Shown here: one piece after another, positions 16,756-26,860 of the stretch
Layout of the letters: each line of letters opens with the position of its first letter
Numbering within the stretch: the first letter of the stretch is position 1
Assembly (NCBI GenBank): GCA_942493095.1
Contig: OW818675.1
Span: forward strand, 2,190,001-2,222,000
Direction of reading: 5' to 3'
DNA: 32,000 nucleotides
Source of the DNA: Candidatus Electronema halotolerans
GTDB lineage: Bacteria > Desulfobacterota > Desulfobulbia > Desulfobulbales > Desulfobulbaceae
Position numbers and translations under genes: made by a program
Notes under the pieces: model-generated
Database searches by the model: none
The model's input: the letters and a program-made list of their open reading frames with translations, nothing else
Told to the model about the DNA's origin: nothing

Positions 16756-19700
16756 ATGACCACCCCTGCCCAGCAGACCGCTGAATTCAGATCCAAAGCA
16801 CTTGAAGCCAATTTTCAGCAAACCGCCAGCAAGGTTGAGATTTCCCCCCGCTATGCCCCGCTGCGGGAGGCTGTGGCCCGCTATCAGGGGCTGTCCGCCC
16901 GGCTGGAGCACCTGCTTTACGAAATAAGCCACCCTTTCCGCAACTGGCAGCTGATCATCAGCGAGCTGCGGCCTTTTGTCCTCAAAAATTTCAACCATTA
17001 CCTTGGCCACCCGCAGGGGCCGGAATGCTTTGCCCTGTTCAGCGGCATTTTTTTGGATGCGCTCAGGGAGTCACGGAAAAACAGCAAAGTGACCGCCCTG
17101 ACCGTGGAGGCTCTGCTCGCCTTTGCTGACAAGGTGATCAGCTCGCTCAAGCCGGAAACCCTGCCGCTCTACGGCCCGCAGCTCAACAATTTTTTTGATC
17201 AGCTGGCCCGGCTTGATGAAATTGATAGCAGCCTGATGATGCAGATGGTGCAGGGCCATCATCCGATCAAAAAAATGGCGGTCCAGCTCCTCAGCTTGGG
17301 TCGCGCAACAGCTTTTTCCTGCATCCCTGCGGCCCGGCTGCTGCAAAAAATTCTCATCACCAACTACGAATACTGGTTGAGCGAGGATGACCCGCAGCCT
17401 TGGTTTGAGCAGCATTGCGGCGGCTTCTGCGACAAGTGGGAGGCCAGGCCGGAGATGGCGGCCATTGCTCATGCCCGGATGCGCGAGCATCTCCAGACCT
17501 TGGAGCAGATCGATCTGGAGGAAGACCCGCATCAGGCCTTGAGCAAACTGCTGGAACTGCCCGCCCATGTTGACATAGTCCGCCTTTACCGCGAGATTCC
17601 CGGCAAGCTGGGCGAGGGCATTGAAGGCGGCGATGCCTTTTACATGGAAAACCGGAAGCTGCTCTTTCTCTTCCGCATCATGGACACTTCCGGCCTCTCG
17701 CTCATTCATGAGGAGAGCCTGCGGGAGATCAACCGCTCCTTGGTCCAGCTCATCCGCAAGCAAAACTTTGACGAGATAGAGCAGTTCTTCACCACCGCTT
17801 TCCAGCTCCTCAAGGCCAATGTGCGCAAATATCCGCACACTTCGCTCCAGTGCATTCAGGTCATCGGCGGCGAGGTGTTCAAGCGGGGCAATTCCCGCTT
17901 AGTTGAGGCCTTCCTCTTTGAGGCGGTGCGCTTCGGCTTTCAATACGCCAATGTCATGGGCGTGGATGAGGACTGGCAGCCGATCAGCAACCCGGCTCAT
18001 CTGGCCAACATCCGGGTCTGGCTCAACCTGATCATGCAGGAGCCGAAGTGGTGCTCAACCCTGTTCTCGGCCCTGATCATCAACATTCGCCTCTCCGGCA
18101 CCTGCGTCAAGGACACGGACCTCTTTCAGCGCGACATCAGCCAGCTCCTCAACCACCCAATCGGCCCGATCTACAACTTGGCCAAGCAGTTCACCAAGCT
18201 GATGCCGGTCTTTTTCAACGAGATCGGCGCGGAAGGCGAGCTGCGCGATGTCTCGACCGAGCTGGATGAGCTGCACAAGCGGCGCGATGTCCTGATTCAC
18301 TTTCTCCGCAAGCAGTCGCATGTCGAGTCCTCCAACCTGATTGTCGGCTTTATCCGGGCCATTTTTCTTTTCTGGCTCAATTTGGACAAGAAGCCGCTCA
18401 AGGCCTACCTGCCTGAAGAAATCCTCAGTCAAGTGACGGTCTCCGGCCCCTTTGTCGATGAGCTGCATGTCCTTGCCCGGCGGCTGCGTGAAGAACTGGA
18501 ATGGAACAGCATTGACGAGCTCCTGACCTGGGACAGAACTGAGCGTCATGCCTGGCTGGAGCGGCAGGAGGACATCTCTGCGGATGAGCGCAGGCGTTTT
18601 GACCTGCTGGTGCGCATGTTCCGGCTCCTGAACCACAAGTACAGCCTTGGCATGGAGGAGCTGCGCGAACAGCTTCAGCAGGCGGCCCGGTCCGGCTTCC
18701 CGGAAATGGAGCAGCTTTTGGAATCCTTGCAGGAGGATGAGCCGTACAGCTGCTTGGATGCCCTGCTCACCCATCTGGAGCAGCTCAAGGAAATCATCCT
18801 CAGTGAGCAGAAATTCGAGCCAAAGGAGGAAATTTACTACAAACGGCACATTGCCGTGGATATTCCTTCCGTCTATGGCCGCTATTCAGAGCGCAAGTTC
18901 GATGCCCTTGGTCTGGCCTTCCGGCTGGAGAATTTGGCCAACATCTACTTGGAACGGCTGACCCGGTCCATCAATCTCGGCTTTATCACCCAAGCCACTT
19001 TCATCCGCATTTCCGAGGCCCTGCATCTCTATCTGCGCGCCCTGAAAGTGGATGGCATCAGCAGCCGCCGCTTGGACACCTACGCCAGCCTGCTCGCCTC
19101 GTCAATCAGCATGAAGCGCTTCACCTACACCCAGCATTTGGACATCATGCGCGGGCTGTCCGAAGGGGTCAAGGATGTGATTTATGCCTATTACACCAAT
19201 ATTCATCAGAACAACCTCTCGATCATCATTCCTCAGATTGGCCGGGAAAATCTGCTGCTCAAGTTCCGCCCGCTCTGGGATGAGGAGGACATGCCCTCCA
19301 CAGTCCATCGCCTCTCAGAAGCCTTTTTCCGCGACCTGATCGCCACCACCTTCGGCCTCCAGCACTTGGACAACTTCATCACCAAGATCATGCAGACCTT
19401 GGAGGCCCAGAAAGACATCCTTGACGAGCAGACCTTGGACCTGCTCATGACCTACAACCCGGAGCAGACCATCTCCCTGCTCTACCAGGAAAATCTCCGC
19501 ACCCACAATCTCATTCATCTCGGCAACAAGGGCTTCAACCTAATGCTCTTGGCCAATGACGGCAAGCCTGTGCCGCCCGCCTTCATCATCACCACTGAGA
19601 TTTTCCGCTGCTGGCCGGCTGTGCAGCGGTTCACCAAGGCCAAGGAGGAATTCATGCAGCGGGTGCGGGCCTCGATCACGGCCTTGGAGGAGCGGACAGG

Positions 19701-21003
19701 CCGCGAATTCGGCTCGCCGGAAAATCCGCTCCTGCTTTCAGTGCGCTCCGGGGCGGCCATTTCCATGCCCGGCATGATGACCACGGTCCACAACGTCGGC
19801 CTGAATGAGGATTTGCTCGACGAGCTGTGCGCCAGACACCCGGAGCAGGAGTATTTTCTCTGGGACACCTACCGCCGCTTTCTCCAGTCCTGGGCTATGG
19901 GCGAAGGCATGGCCCGCGATGAGTTTGGCGCACTGATGAATGCGCACAAGAAACGCTACAATGTCAAGCTCAAGCGGCAGTTCACTCCTGCCCAGATGCG
20001 CGAGCTGGCCTTGGAATACCGCAACGCCATGCGACGGCATGGCTATAATGCGCCGGAAGACCCGTGGCTTCAGCTTGTCGGCGCAGTGGAGATGGTGCTG
20101 GAGTCGTGGAGCACCATCAAGGCCCGCCAGTACCGCCATCTCATGGATGTGTCTGATGACTGGGGCACAGCAGTGATAGTCCAGACAATGGTCTATGGCA
20201 ATCGCAACTTTAAAGCAGGCAGCGGCGTGCTCTTCACGGCCCATCCCTACCGCAAGGTGCGACGGGTGGCTCTCTGGGGTGATTACGCCTCCGGCGACCA
20301 AGGCGAGGACATTGTTTCCGGCTTAGTCACCAGCTACCCGATTTCAATGGAGCAGGCGGAGCTGGACGGCAGGCCAGAGGAAGACACCTTGGAGCGCAAA
20401 TTTCCAGCCATTTATGAGCGGCTTCTCAGTATTTCCCGTGATTTGGTCTATACCAAGGGCTGGAATCCGCAGGAAATCGAGTTCACCTTTGAAGGCCCTG
20501 CACCGGAGCAGCTCCACATCCTCCAGACCCGCGACATGATCACGATCAAGAAGAAGGAGCATTTCCGGGTCTTTGTCGAATCAGCAGAGCAGCAGGCCGC
20601 AGTGCTGGGCAAGGGCATTGGCGTGAGCGGCTCGGCCCTGTCCGGCTTGGCCGTGTTCACCGACGAGAACATCCGCCAGCTCAGGCAGGAGCAGCCGGAC
20701 ATGCCGCTGATTCTCATCCGGCAGGACACGGTGCCAGAGGACATTAAGGAAATTTCCCTTGCCGACGGCCTGCTCACGGCTCGCGGCGGCCAGACTTCCC
20801 ATGCCTCAGTGGTGGCCACCCGCTTGGAAAAGACCTGCGTGGTCGGCTGCCGGGATCTGCAAGTCTTTGAAGGCGCGGAACATGCTCTGATCAACGGCTT
20901 CACCATCCGCTTCCGCGATCCGGTCTCCATTGACGGACGCAACGGCCTCTTCCTGCGCGGCATTCATGAGACACGGGAGGAGGTGCATATTCTGCCGCTG
21001 TAG
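16756..21003 (+). CDS. PEP/pyruvate-binding domain protein (PPDK/PPS-related nucleotide-binding and phosphohistidine domains) with ~900-aa uncharacterised N-terminus
   Basis: C-terminal third has GNKGFNLMLLANDGKPVPPAFIITTEIF, PLLLSVRSGAAISMPGMMTTVHNVGLN and phosphohistidine-domain GLLTARGGQTSHASVVATRLEKTCVVGC. The ORF-track start at 16690 is a TTG overlapping a hairpin, so MTTPAQQ at 16756 is more likely. Confidence 0.82.
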   Translation: MTTPAQQTAEFRSKALEANFQQTASKVEISPRYAPLREAVARYQGLSARLEHLLYEISHPFRNWQLIISELRPFVLKNFNHYLGHPQGPECFALFSGIFLDALRESRKNSKVTALTVEALLAFADKVISSLKPETLPLYGPQLNNFFDQLARLDEIDSSLMMQMVQGHHPIKKMAVQLLSLGRATAFSCIPAARLLQKILITNYEYWLSEDDPQPWFEQHCGGFCDKWEARPEMAAIAHARMREHLQTLEQIDLEEDPHQALSKLLELPAHVDIVRLYREIPGKLGEGIEGGDAFYMENRKLLFLFRIMDTSGLSLIHEESLREINRSLVQLIRKQNFDEIEQFFTTAFQLLKANVRKYPHTSLQCIQVIGGEVFKRGNSRLVEAFLFEAVRFGFQYANVMGVDEDWQPISNPAHLANIRVWLNLIMQEPKWCSTLFSALIINIRLSGTCVKDTDLFQRDISQLLNHPIGPIYNLAKQFTKLMPVFFNEIGAEGELRDVSTELDELHKRRDVLIHFLRKQSHVESSNLIVGFIRAIFLFWLNLDKKPLKAYLPEEILSQVTVSGPFVDELHVLARRLREELEWNSIDELLTWDRTERHAWLERQEDISADERRRFDLLVRMFRLLNHKYSLGMEELREQLQQAARSGFPEMEQLLESLQEDEPYSCLDALLTHLEQLKEIILSEQKFEPKEEIYYKRHIAVDIPSVYGRYSERKFDALGLAFRLENLANIYLERLTRSINLGFITQATFIRISEALHLYLRALKVDGISSRRLDTYASLLASSISMKRFTYTQHLDIMRGLSEGVKDVIYAYYTNIHQNNLSIIIPQIGRENLLLKFRPLWDEEDMPSTVHRLSEAFFRDLIATTFGLQHLDNFITKIMQTLEAQKDILDEQTLDLLMTYNPEQTISLLYQENLRTHNLIHLGNKGFNLMLLANDGKPVPPAFIITTEIFRCWPAVQRFTKAKEEFMQRVRASITALEERTGREFGSPENPLLLSVRSGAAISMPGMMTTVHNVGLNEDLLDELCARHPEQEYFLWDTYRRFLQSWAMGEGMARDEFGALMNAHKKRYNVKLKRQFTPAQMRELALEYRNAMRRHGYNAPEDPWLQLVGAVEMVLESWSTIKARQYRHLMDVSDDWGTAVIVQTMVYGNRNFKAGSGVLFTAHPYRKVRRVALWGDYASGDQGEDIVSGLVTSYPISMEQAELDGRPEEDTLERKFPAIYERLLSISRDLVYTKGWNPQEIEFTFEGPAPEQLHILQTRDMITIKKKEHFRVFVESAEQQAAVLGKGIGVSGSALSGLAVFTDENIRQLRQEQPDMPLILIRQDTVPEDIKEISLADGLLTARGGQTSHASVVATRLEKTCVVGCRDLQVFEGAEHALINGFTIRFRDPVSIDGRNGLFLRGIHETREEVHILPL

Positions 21004-21081
21004 CGAGGCTGTGGGCATTACTGCGCATTTTTGTATCAGTTGCCCAGAGCATTGCCCTGACTTGTCTGTTATCGCATTTTT

Positions 21082-22086
21082 TTGGGAATGGCCTTTCTTC
21101 TTGTTCTCCTTGCCGCCTGCCTGCTTGACCTGCTCATCGGCGATCCTCGCTGGTTTCCGCATCCAGTGCGGCTGATCGGCTGGCTGGCAGCGCGCATGGA
21201 AATCATCACCCGCCGTCTGCCAATGCCAGCACGGCGCAGCGGCGGCCTGACCGTCCTGCTGGTGCTCCTTGCCACGGGCGGAGCCAGTGCCGCGCTGCTC
21301 CTGCTGCTGGCCATGCAGCCGCAGCCGCTCTTTCTCGCCGTAACCGCCTTTGCCTTGTACACCACTTTTGCCGCCCGCGACCTGCTCAAGCACGCCTTGG
21401 CAGTTCATGCCGCCCTTGGCGAAAGCATCGGGGTGGCTCGCCAGCAGGTCAGCATGATTGTCGGCCGTGACACCAGCCAGATGGATGAGGCTGCTGTCAT
21501 CCGCGCCTGCGTGGAAAGCGTGGCTGAGAACATGGCCGACGGCATCATTGCCCCGCTCTTCTGGGCAACAGCGGGCGCAGCTCTTGCTTTGCCAGCAGGC
21601 GGCCATTGGCCAGCGGCCTGCGCCGTGCTGGCAGCCATGCTCTACAAGGCCATCAGCACTATGGATTCCATGTTCGGCTATAAAAACGAACGCTACCTGT
21701 ATTTCGGCTTCTGCCCAGCCAAATTGGACGATGCCGCCAACTTTTTCCCGGCCCGGCTGGCCGCACTCGCCCTTGTCGCGACCGCACCCATCATCGGCGG
21801 CAGCTTGCGGCAGAGCTGGCGCATCCTTTGGCGCGACCATCAAAATCATGCCAGCCCCAATTCCGGCTGGCCGGAAGCAGCAGCTGCAGGCGCGCTCGGC
21901 CTGCAGCTCGGCGGGGATGCGGTCTATTTCGGCAAAATCGTCAGCAAGCCGCTCATCGGCGAAGCACTTGCCCCGCCGCAGCAACGCCATATCCTCCTCG
22001 TCTGCCGCTTAGTTCTGACTGCCTCGCTCCTCTGCCTGCTTCTCTTAGCCGGATTGTTTTCCCTCCTGCCGCTCCTCTGCTCCTGA
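21082..22086 (+). CDS. cbiB: Adenosylcobinamide-phosphate synthase CbiB/CobD
   Basis: LDLLIGDPRWFPHPVRLIGW, ESVAENMADGIIAPLFWATAGG-like ESVAENMADGIIAPLFWATAGAALALPAG, YKAISTMDSMFGYKNERYLYFGFCPAKLDDAANFFPAR. Confidence 0.94.
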   Translation: MGMAFLLVLLAACLLDLLIGDPRWFPHPVRLIGWLAARMEIITRRLPMPARRSGGLTVLLVLLATGGASAALLLLLAMQPQPLFLAVTAFALYTTFAARDLLKHALAVHAALGESIGVARQQVSMIVGRDTSQMDEAAVIRACVESVAENMADGIIAPLFWATAGAALALPAGGHWPAACAVLAAMLYKAISTMDSMFGYKNERYLYFGFCPAKLDDAANFFPARLAALALVATAPIIGGSLRQSWRILWRDHQNHASPNSGWPEAAAAGALGLQLGGDAVYFGKIVSKPLIGEALAPPQQRHILLVCRLVLTASLLCLLLLAGLFSLLPLLCS

Positions 22087-22298
22087 AATCGCGGACAAGA
22101 GAGGCGAAAAAATCCATTTCCACGAAAAAACAGGTTGTTTTATAGCGGAGCACCGAGTATCTTATAGTTTTCTCATTCGCCGTCCATCCCATCCCCCTTT
22201 GCCGCAGAATTCGGGCAGCACAGCAAAATCATTGCTGCTTGACTGCTTTTTTTCATATCAAATTGCATTCGCATTCAGCAGACACAGGAATATCCTTT

Positions 22299-24047
22299 AT
22301 GAGCACTTTTGCAGAACTCGGCATCAACAGTGAAATCATCAGCGCGCTCTCCGATCTCGGCTTTCAGGAGCCAACTCCTATTCAGGCGCAGGCCATCCCC
22401 CTTATTTTAAAAGAACATGCTGACATAGTCAGCCTTGCCCAAACCGGAACCGGCAAGACCGCCGCCTTTGGCCTGCCGCTGATCCAGCTCACCGATCCGA
22501 CGAGCAGAGCAACGCAGGGGCTGGTCCTGTGTCCGACCAGAGAACTGTGCATGCAGGTGGCCAAGGACTTGGAGTCCTTTGCTAAATATGTTGGAGACAT
22601 CCGCGTGTTAGCTGTTTATGGCGGGGCCAGCATTGTCCAGCAGATGCGCGACCTGCGCCGGGGAGCGCAGATCATTGTCGCCACCCCTGGCCGCCTGCGC
22701 GACATGATCCAGCGCGGCATGGCTGATGTTTCAACAGTCCGCTACGCCGTCTTTGACGAGGCGGATGAAATGCTCAACATGGGCTTTCAGGAGGAACTGA
22801 ACGCCATTCTTGCGCAAACGCCCAAGGAAAAAAACACCCTGCTTTTCTCGGCCACCATGTCCAAGGAAGTGGCGAATATTGCCAGCCGCTACATGAAGAA
22901 TCCCGTGGAAATTACGGTCGGCGACCGCAATGCCGGGGCCGAGAATGTCAGCCATGAGTATTACGTGGTCCGGCACCGGGACCGCTACGCCGCCCTGAAG
23001 CGAATTTTGGACAATGCCCCGGATATTTATTCGATCATCTTCTGCCGCACCCGCATGGACACCCAGGAGGTTGCTGACAAGCTGCTGCAGGAAGGCTACA
23101 AGGCCGATGCCCTGCACGGCGACCTGACCCAGGTTCAGCGCGATCTGGTGATGCGGAAATTCCACAGCCGCCATCTGCAAATTCTGGTGGCCACCGATGT
23201 GGCAGCCCGTGGCTTGGATGTCAACGATCTGACCCACGTCATCAACTACAGCCTGCCTGATGACATTTCCAGCTATACCCATCGCAGCGGTCGCACTGGC
23301 AGAGCAGGTCGGAATGGCATCTCCGTAGCTTTGGCAGACACACGGGAAGTCTATAAAATCCGCCAGATCGAGCACCGCCTGAAAAAGCAGTTCACCCACC
23401 GTTCCATCCCCAATGGCGAGGAAATTTGCAGCAAGCAGCTTGCCAGCCTGATCAAGCGGATCAGCAGCACTGAAATTCGGCATGAGCAGATTGACCCGCT
23501 TTATGCGGAAGTCGCCAAGCAGCTGGAGCATCTCGACAAAGCGGAGCTGATCAAGAAAATCATTTCCTTGGAGTTCAACCGCTTCTTGGAGTATTACAAG
23601 AATGCGCCTGATCTCAATCCGGCTATGGAGAGCAGAAAACGGGTGGAACGGGAAAGGCCAAGCCGGAAGCCGTCCAACAAGGATTTTGGCGGTGAGAGGA
23701 AGGACTTTGGCGGCGGCGGGAAAAATTTCGCCCGCTTTCATCTCAATGTGGGCCGCCGGGACGGCCTCCTGCCTGAGTATTTGGTCGGCAGGATCAACGA
23801 GGTGCCGGGCGGCGGGCGGATCAAGGTCGGCAAGATTGAAATCATGCGCAACACCGCCACGCTGGAGGGCGACAGCCGCTTCATTTCGCAAATCTTGGAT
23901 ACCTTTCAGCAGGCCGAGGTCAATGGCAAGCCAGTCGGCATCCGCCTCATGCAGGAGGGCGGCGAGCGGCCAGTGCGCAGAAGCGGGGGACGGCCTGATA
24001 ATGAAACCCGGAAGAAATTCCGTCGCCTGCGGGAGCAGCACCGCTGA
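22299..24047 (+). CDS. deaD: DEAD-box ATP-dependent RNA helicase (DeaD/CsdA-like)
   Basis: PTPIQAQAIP, SLAQTGTGKTAAF, VFDEADEMLNMGF, LFSATM, THRSGRTGRAGRNG; C-terminal RNA-binding region. ATG at 22299 is in frame with the ORF-track start at 22239. Confidence 0.94.
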   Translation: MSTFAELGINSEIISALSDLGFQEPTPIQAQAIPLILKEHADIVSLAQTGTGKTAAFGLPLIQLTDPTSRATQGLVLCPTRELCMQVAKDLESFAKYVGDIRVLAVYGGASIVQQMRDLRRGAQIIVATPGRLRDMIQRGMADVSTVRYAVFDEADEMLNMGFQEELNAILAQTPKEKNTLLFSATMSKEVANIASRYMKNPVEITVGDRNAGAENVSHEYYVVRHRDRYAALKRILDNAPDIYSIIFCRTRMDTQEVADKLLQEGYKADALHGDLTQVQRDLVMRKFHSRHLQILVATDVAARGLDVNDLTHVINYSLPDDISSYTHRSGRTGRAGRNGISVALADTREVYKIRQIEHRLKKQFTHRSIPNGEEICSKQLASLIKRISSTEIRHEQIDPLYAEVAKQLEHLDKAELIKKIISLEFNRFLEYYKNAPDLNPAMESRKRVERERPSRKPSNKDFGGERKDFGGGGKNFARFHLNVGRRDGLLPEYLVGRINEVPGGGRIKVGKIEIMRNTATLEGDSRFISQILDTFQQAEVNGKPVGIRLMQEGGERPVRRSGGRPDNETRKKFRRLREQHR

Positions 24048-24215
24048 TCATTCCCCCTGCGGATGAAGAAATACTTTTTTCTCTTCGCGCCCGTGCTTTT
24101 CTCAGTCGCTGCCCAGTAGGCGGCCTCAAAGGAATGGAAAAGCACGGCCTGGCTTCTCACCATGAGCGGCAGCGTTGCAGGCTATACGCTGGCTGGCACT
24201 GTGTTCGGGGTGCTC

Positions 24216-24605
24216 TCAATGGTGCTGATGTTGTCTGGGCAGTAAAAATATCGGGTGGTGGAGCAGGAAACTGGTTCTCATAGCTCCTGCGCTTTCACCC
24301 CTGTAGCACAGAGGACTGATGAAAATTGGGTTGACACCCTGTTGCGTGTTCAGCCCAGACTTTTCTTCAGTTTTCAGAGACTTGACAAGGTTGGCAATAC
24401 ATGTCCAACGGAAGAGCTGCCCCGCTTTCCTCAGTTTCCAGATGTCCTTTTGTCCCCGCCTTTGTTCTTCATATACAAACCACAGTCCATCAATCCGCCC
24501 CCGGCTGACATGGAATTCGGAAAGAAGAATATCTTCAGCATGTTCAGCAGCATCCAGCAGCCATTTGGAGATCGTGTCCTCTTTGCGCCCTTTCACCCGG
24601 CTCAC
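24216..24605 (-). pseudogene. Possible transposase fragment (IS1-like resemblance, weak)
   Basis: REDTISKWLLDAAEHAEDILLSEFHVSRGRIDGLWFVYEE resembles the helix-turn-helix/central part of IS1-like transposases from memory; no complete catalytic domain or terminal inverted repeats recognised. Confidence 0.3.
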
Positions 24606-24675
24606 GCTGCTTTCCGCAAGCCATCTTTTCCTCCTTCTAAATCAGTTTGCAAAAAACTAACCGGACATTAGTGAC

Positions 24676-25065
24676 TTGAACCGGATGAACGATCAGGAAC
24701 ACTTTCCCTTCCAATTCAACAGCCAAGCCTGCCGCTTCTGCGGAGGCCGCTGCTGCCGGGGTTCATGCGGCTATGTCTGGATCAGTCTGACCGAACTGGA
24801 GGACATGGCCGCAGCCAAAGGCATGGATACCGCCCGTTTTGCCGCGCAGCACCTGCGGCAGGTGCAGGGCAGGCTTGCCTTGCGCGAGCGGGTCATCAAT
24901 GGCGAACATTTCTGCTGCTTTTTTGACCCGATTGCCTGTAGCTGCACGGTCTATGAACAGAGACCGGAACAGTGCCGCAGCTTTCCGTTCTGGGAGAAAT
25001 TCAAACATGACTGTCAGGAACTGCTGCGGGAATGTCCCGGCGTGACGCTGACAAAATCAAGCTGA
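24676..25065 (+). CDS. YkgJ-like zinc/iron-chelating cysteine-cluster protein
   Basis: CRFCGGRCCRGSCGYVWISLTELEDMA, CCFFDPIACSCTVYEQRPEQCRSFPFW. Confidence 0.85.
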   Translation: MNRMNDQEHFPFQFNSQACRFCGGRCCRGSCGYVWISLTELEDMAAAKGMDTARFAAQHLRQVQGRLALRERVINGEHFCCFFDPIACSCTVYEQRPEQCRSFPFWEKFKHDCQELLRECPGVTLTKSS

Positions 25066-25080
25066 CTGTGAGGATATTTC

Positions 25081-26166
25081 ATGCAGATCAATGGCAAACC
25101 GTGGCGCAGCATCTGGCTGGAAAACGATGGTCAGAGCGTGGGCATTATTGATCAGACCAAACTGCCGCATCGCTTTGAGACAATCCGGCTGACCAGCGCA
25201 GAGGATGCGGTCGCAGCCATCCGTGACATGCTGGTGCGCGGCGCGCCGCTGATCGGGGCAACCGCAGCATGGGGCATTTTTCTCGGCCTGCGGGAGGACA
25301 GCTCCGATGCCGGTTTGGAGACGGTTTGCGCGAAACTGCTCCAAGCCAGACCAACAGCGGTCAATCTGCGCTGGGCTGTGGAGCGGATGCGGAACCTGCT
25401 GGCAGTGCTGCCGTCGGACCAGCGGCCCGATGCCGCCCGCAGTGAGGCCGCAGCCATCTGCGAGGAGGACGTGCGCCTCAACGAGGCCATCGGCGGGCAT
25501 GGCCTGCGTCTGATTGCCGCGCAATATCAGCAGAAAAAAAGAATAATCAACATCCTCACCCACTGCAACGCGGGCTGGTTAGCCACAGTTGACTGGGGCA
25601 CAGCCTTGGCTCCGATCTACAAGGCGCAGGCCGCTGGCATTCCTGTTCATGTCTGGGTGGATGAGACCCGGCCCCGCAATCAGGGCGCGCATCTCACGGC
25701 CTGGGAGCTGGCCGCCGCAGGCATCGACCATCATCTGATTGCCGACAACAGCGGCGGTCATCTCATGCGGCAGGGCCGGGTTGATCTCTGCCTTGTCGGC
25801 AGCGACCGCACCACTGCCAGCGGCGATGTCTGCAATAAGATCGGCACCTATCTGAAAGCGTTAGCTGCGGCAGACAACAACGTTCCCTTTTATGTGGCCC
25901 TGCCCGGCTCAACCATTGACTGGACGCTGACCGACGGCATGGCAATTCCGATTGAAGAGCGGGCGGAAGAGGAGGTGCTCTTTGTTTCCGGGCAGGCCGA
26001 GGACGGCAGCATCCGGCAGGTGCGCATTGCCCCGGAGCAGACGCGGGCAGGCAATCCCGCCTTTGACGTGACCCCGGCCCGCCTTGTCACCGGCCTGATC
26101 ACGGAACGCGGCCTCTGCGCGGCGAGTCGGGAGGGACTGCGGGAGCTGTTCCCGGAGCAGGGGTGA
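25081..26166 (+). CDS. mtnA: S-methyl-5-thioribose-1-phosphate isomerase
   Basis: [82 protein letters not shown]. Confidence 0.95.
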   Translation: MQINGKPWRSIWLENDGQSVGIIDQTKLPHRFETIRLTSAEDAVAAIRDMLVRGAPLIGATAAWGIFLGLREDSSDAGLETVCAKLLQARPTAVNLRWAVERMRNLLAVLPSDQRPDAARSEAAAICEEDVRLNEAIGGHGLRLIAAQYQQKKRIINILTHCNAGWLATVDWGTALAPIYKAQAAGIPVHVWVDETRPRNQGAHLTAWELAAAGIDHHLIADNSGGHLMRQGRVDLCLVGSDRTTASGDVCNKIGTYLKALAAADNNVPFYVALPGSTIDWTLTDGMAIPIEERAEEEVLFVSGQAEDGSIRQVRIAPEQTRAGNPAFDVTPARLVTGLITERGLCAASREGLRELFPEQG

Positions 26167-26364
26167 CAACTTCTCTTCCGTGGTAAAAATGAGCATCCAG
26201 AGCGGCAAGTTTTTTTGACAGACAGGCAACATACGGAAACCATACGCCGTTTGCCTCCTGAACTCATTTGCTGACAGATTGCAACATGGAACAGAGCTTT
26301 GCGTAACAGGAAGTAGGCCGTTTGAACAAAGCGGCTGTCCTCGGCAGAAGAGGACAAGAACGCG

Positions 26365-26547
26365 GTGAAAAAGGAGGCTGTGATGATTGGCGGAAGCATT
26401 CCCAAGCTGCTGCAGCAAGAGGCCAACGAGGTGCGGCAGGCGTTGGAGAAGATTGGAGCCGGGCTGCCTGCTGAGATTTCAGCGGCCGGCACCATGCTGA
26501 TTGTCGCTGACAGCTCTGTGCTGGTTGCTCTGGCGTTGTGCGTTTGA
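26365..26547 (+). pseudogene. Truncated PIN-toxin start fused or adjacent to antitoxin-like C-terminus
   Basis: Ends in MLIVADSSVLVALALCV*, a typical PIN-domain beta-1 opening (ADSSVLVALAL) that stops immediately; preceded by SIPKLLQQEANEVRQALEKIGAGLPAEISAAGT. Confidence 0.45.
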
Positions 26548-26572
26548 TTGAGGGGACGCTTGCGCTGGCAGG

Positions 26573-26735
26573 GGAAAAACCATCTTGCATGTCTTGCGGA
26601 AACCATCTATATAGTATGGTCGGAACCATCTGGATGGTTTTCCAAAACCATTTAGATGGTTTCCTCTAAACCATTCAGTATGTTTCCCCGGAACTATCCT
26701 AATGGTTTTCCTGAAACCATCCAGATTGTTTTTCA
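26573..26735. repeat. Degenerate palindromic tandem repeat, ~7 units of 22-25 nt, consensus about GGAAACCATCTAGATGGTTTTCC
   Basis: Units: ggaaaaaccatcttgcatgtcttgc / ggaaaccatctatatagtatggtc / ggaaccatctggatggttttcc / aaaaccatttagatggtttcct / ctaaaccattcagtatgtttcccc / ggaactatcctaatggttttcct / gaaaccatccagattgtttttca (approximate boundaries). Confidence 0.75.
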
Positions 26736-26763
26736 GGCGGGCTGAGGGAAGGGGCGGCAGGCC
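26719..26763 (+). repeat. 45-bp direct repeat, left copy
   Basis: atccagattgtttttcaggcgggctgagggaaggggcggcaggcc, identical to 27519..27563. Confidence 0.92.
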
Positions 26764-26860
26764 AGTGCGCGAGGCTGAACAGGTTGCTTTTGTTGTGCGC
26801 CACAGGATAAGATAGATGCGGTCTGCCTGACTTGACTGCAACTATTCACAAGAGGAAGAT

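Noticed and set aside
17071-18849. Minus-strand ORFs of 255 and 264 aa
   Set aside because: Antisense to the large PEP/pyruvate-domain ORF; high-GC artefacts.
22731-24041. 436-aa minus-strand ORF
   Set aside because: Antisense to the DEAD-box helicase; no recognisable domain.
24216-24605. Calling a complete IS element
   Set aside because: No terminal inverted repeats, no target-site duplication and no full transposase found; kept only as a low-confidence fragment.
26479-26841. 120-aa minus ORF with repeated GFRKT/WFR motifs
   Set aside because: Translates the 23-nt tandem repeat; no start context or homology suggests a protein.
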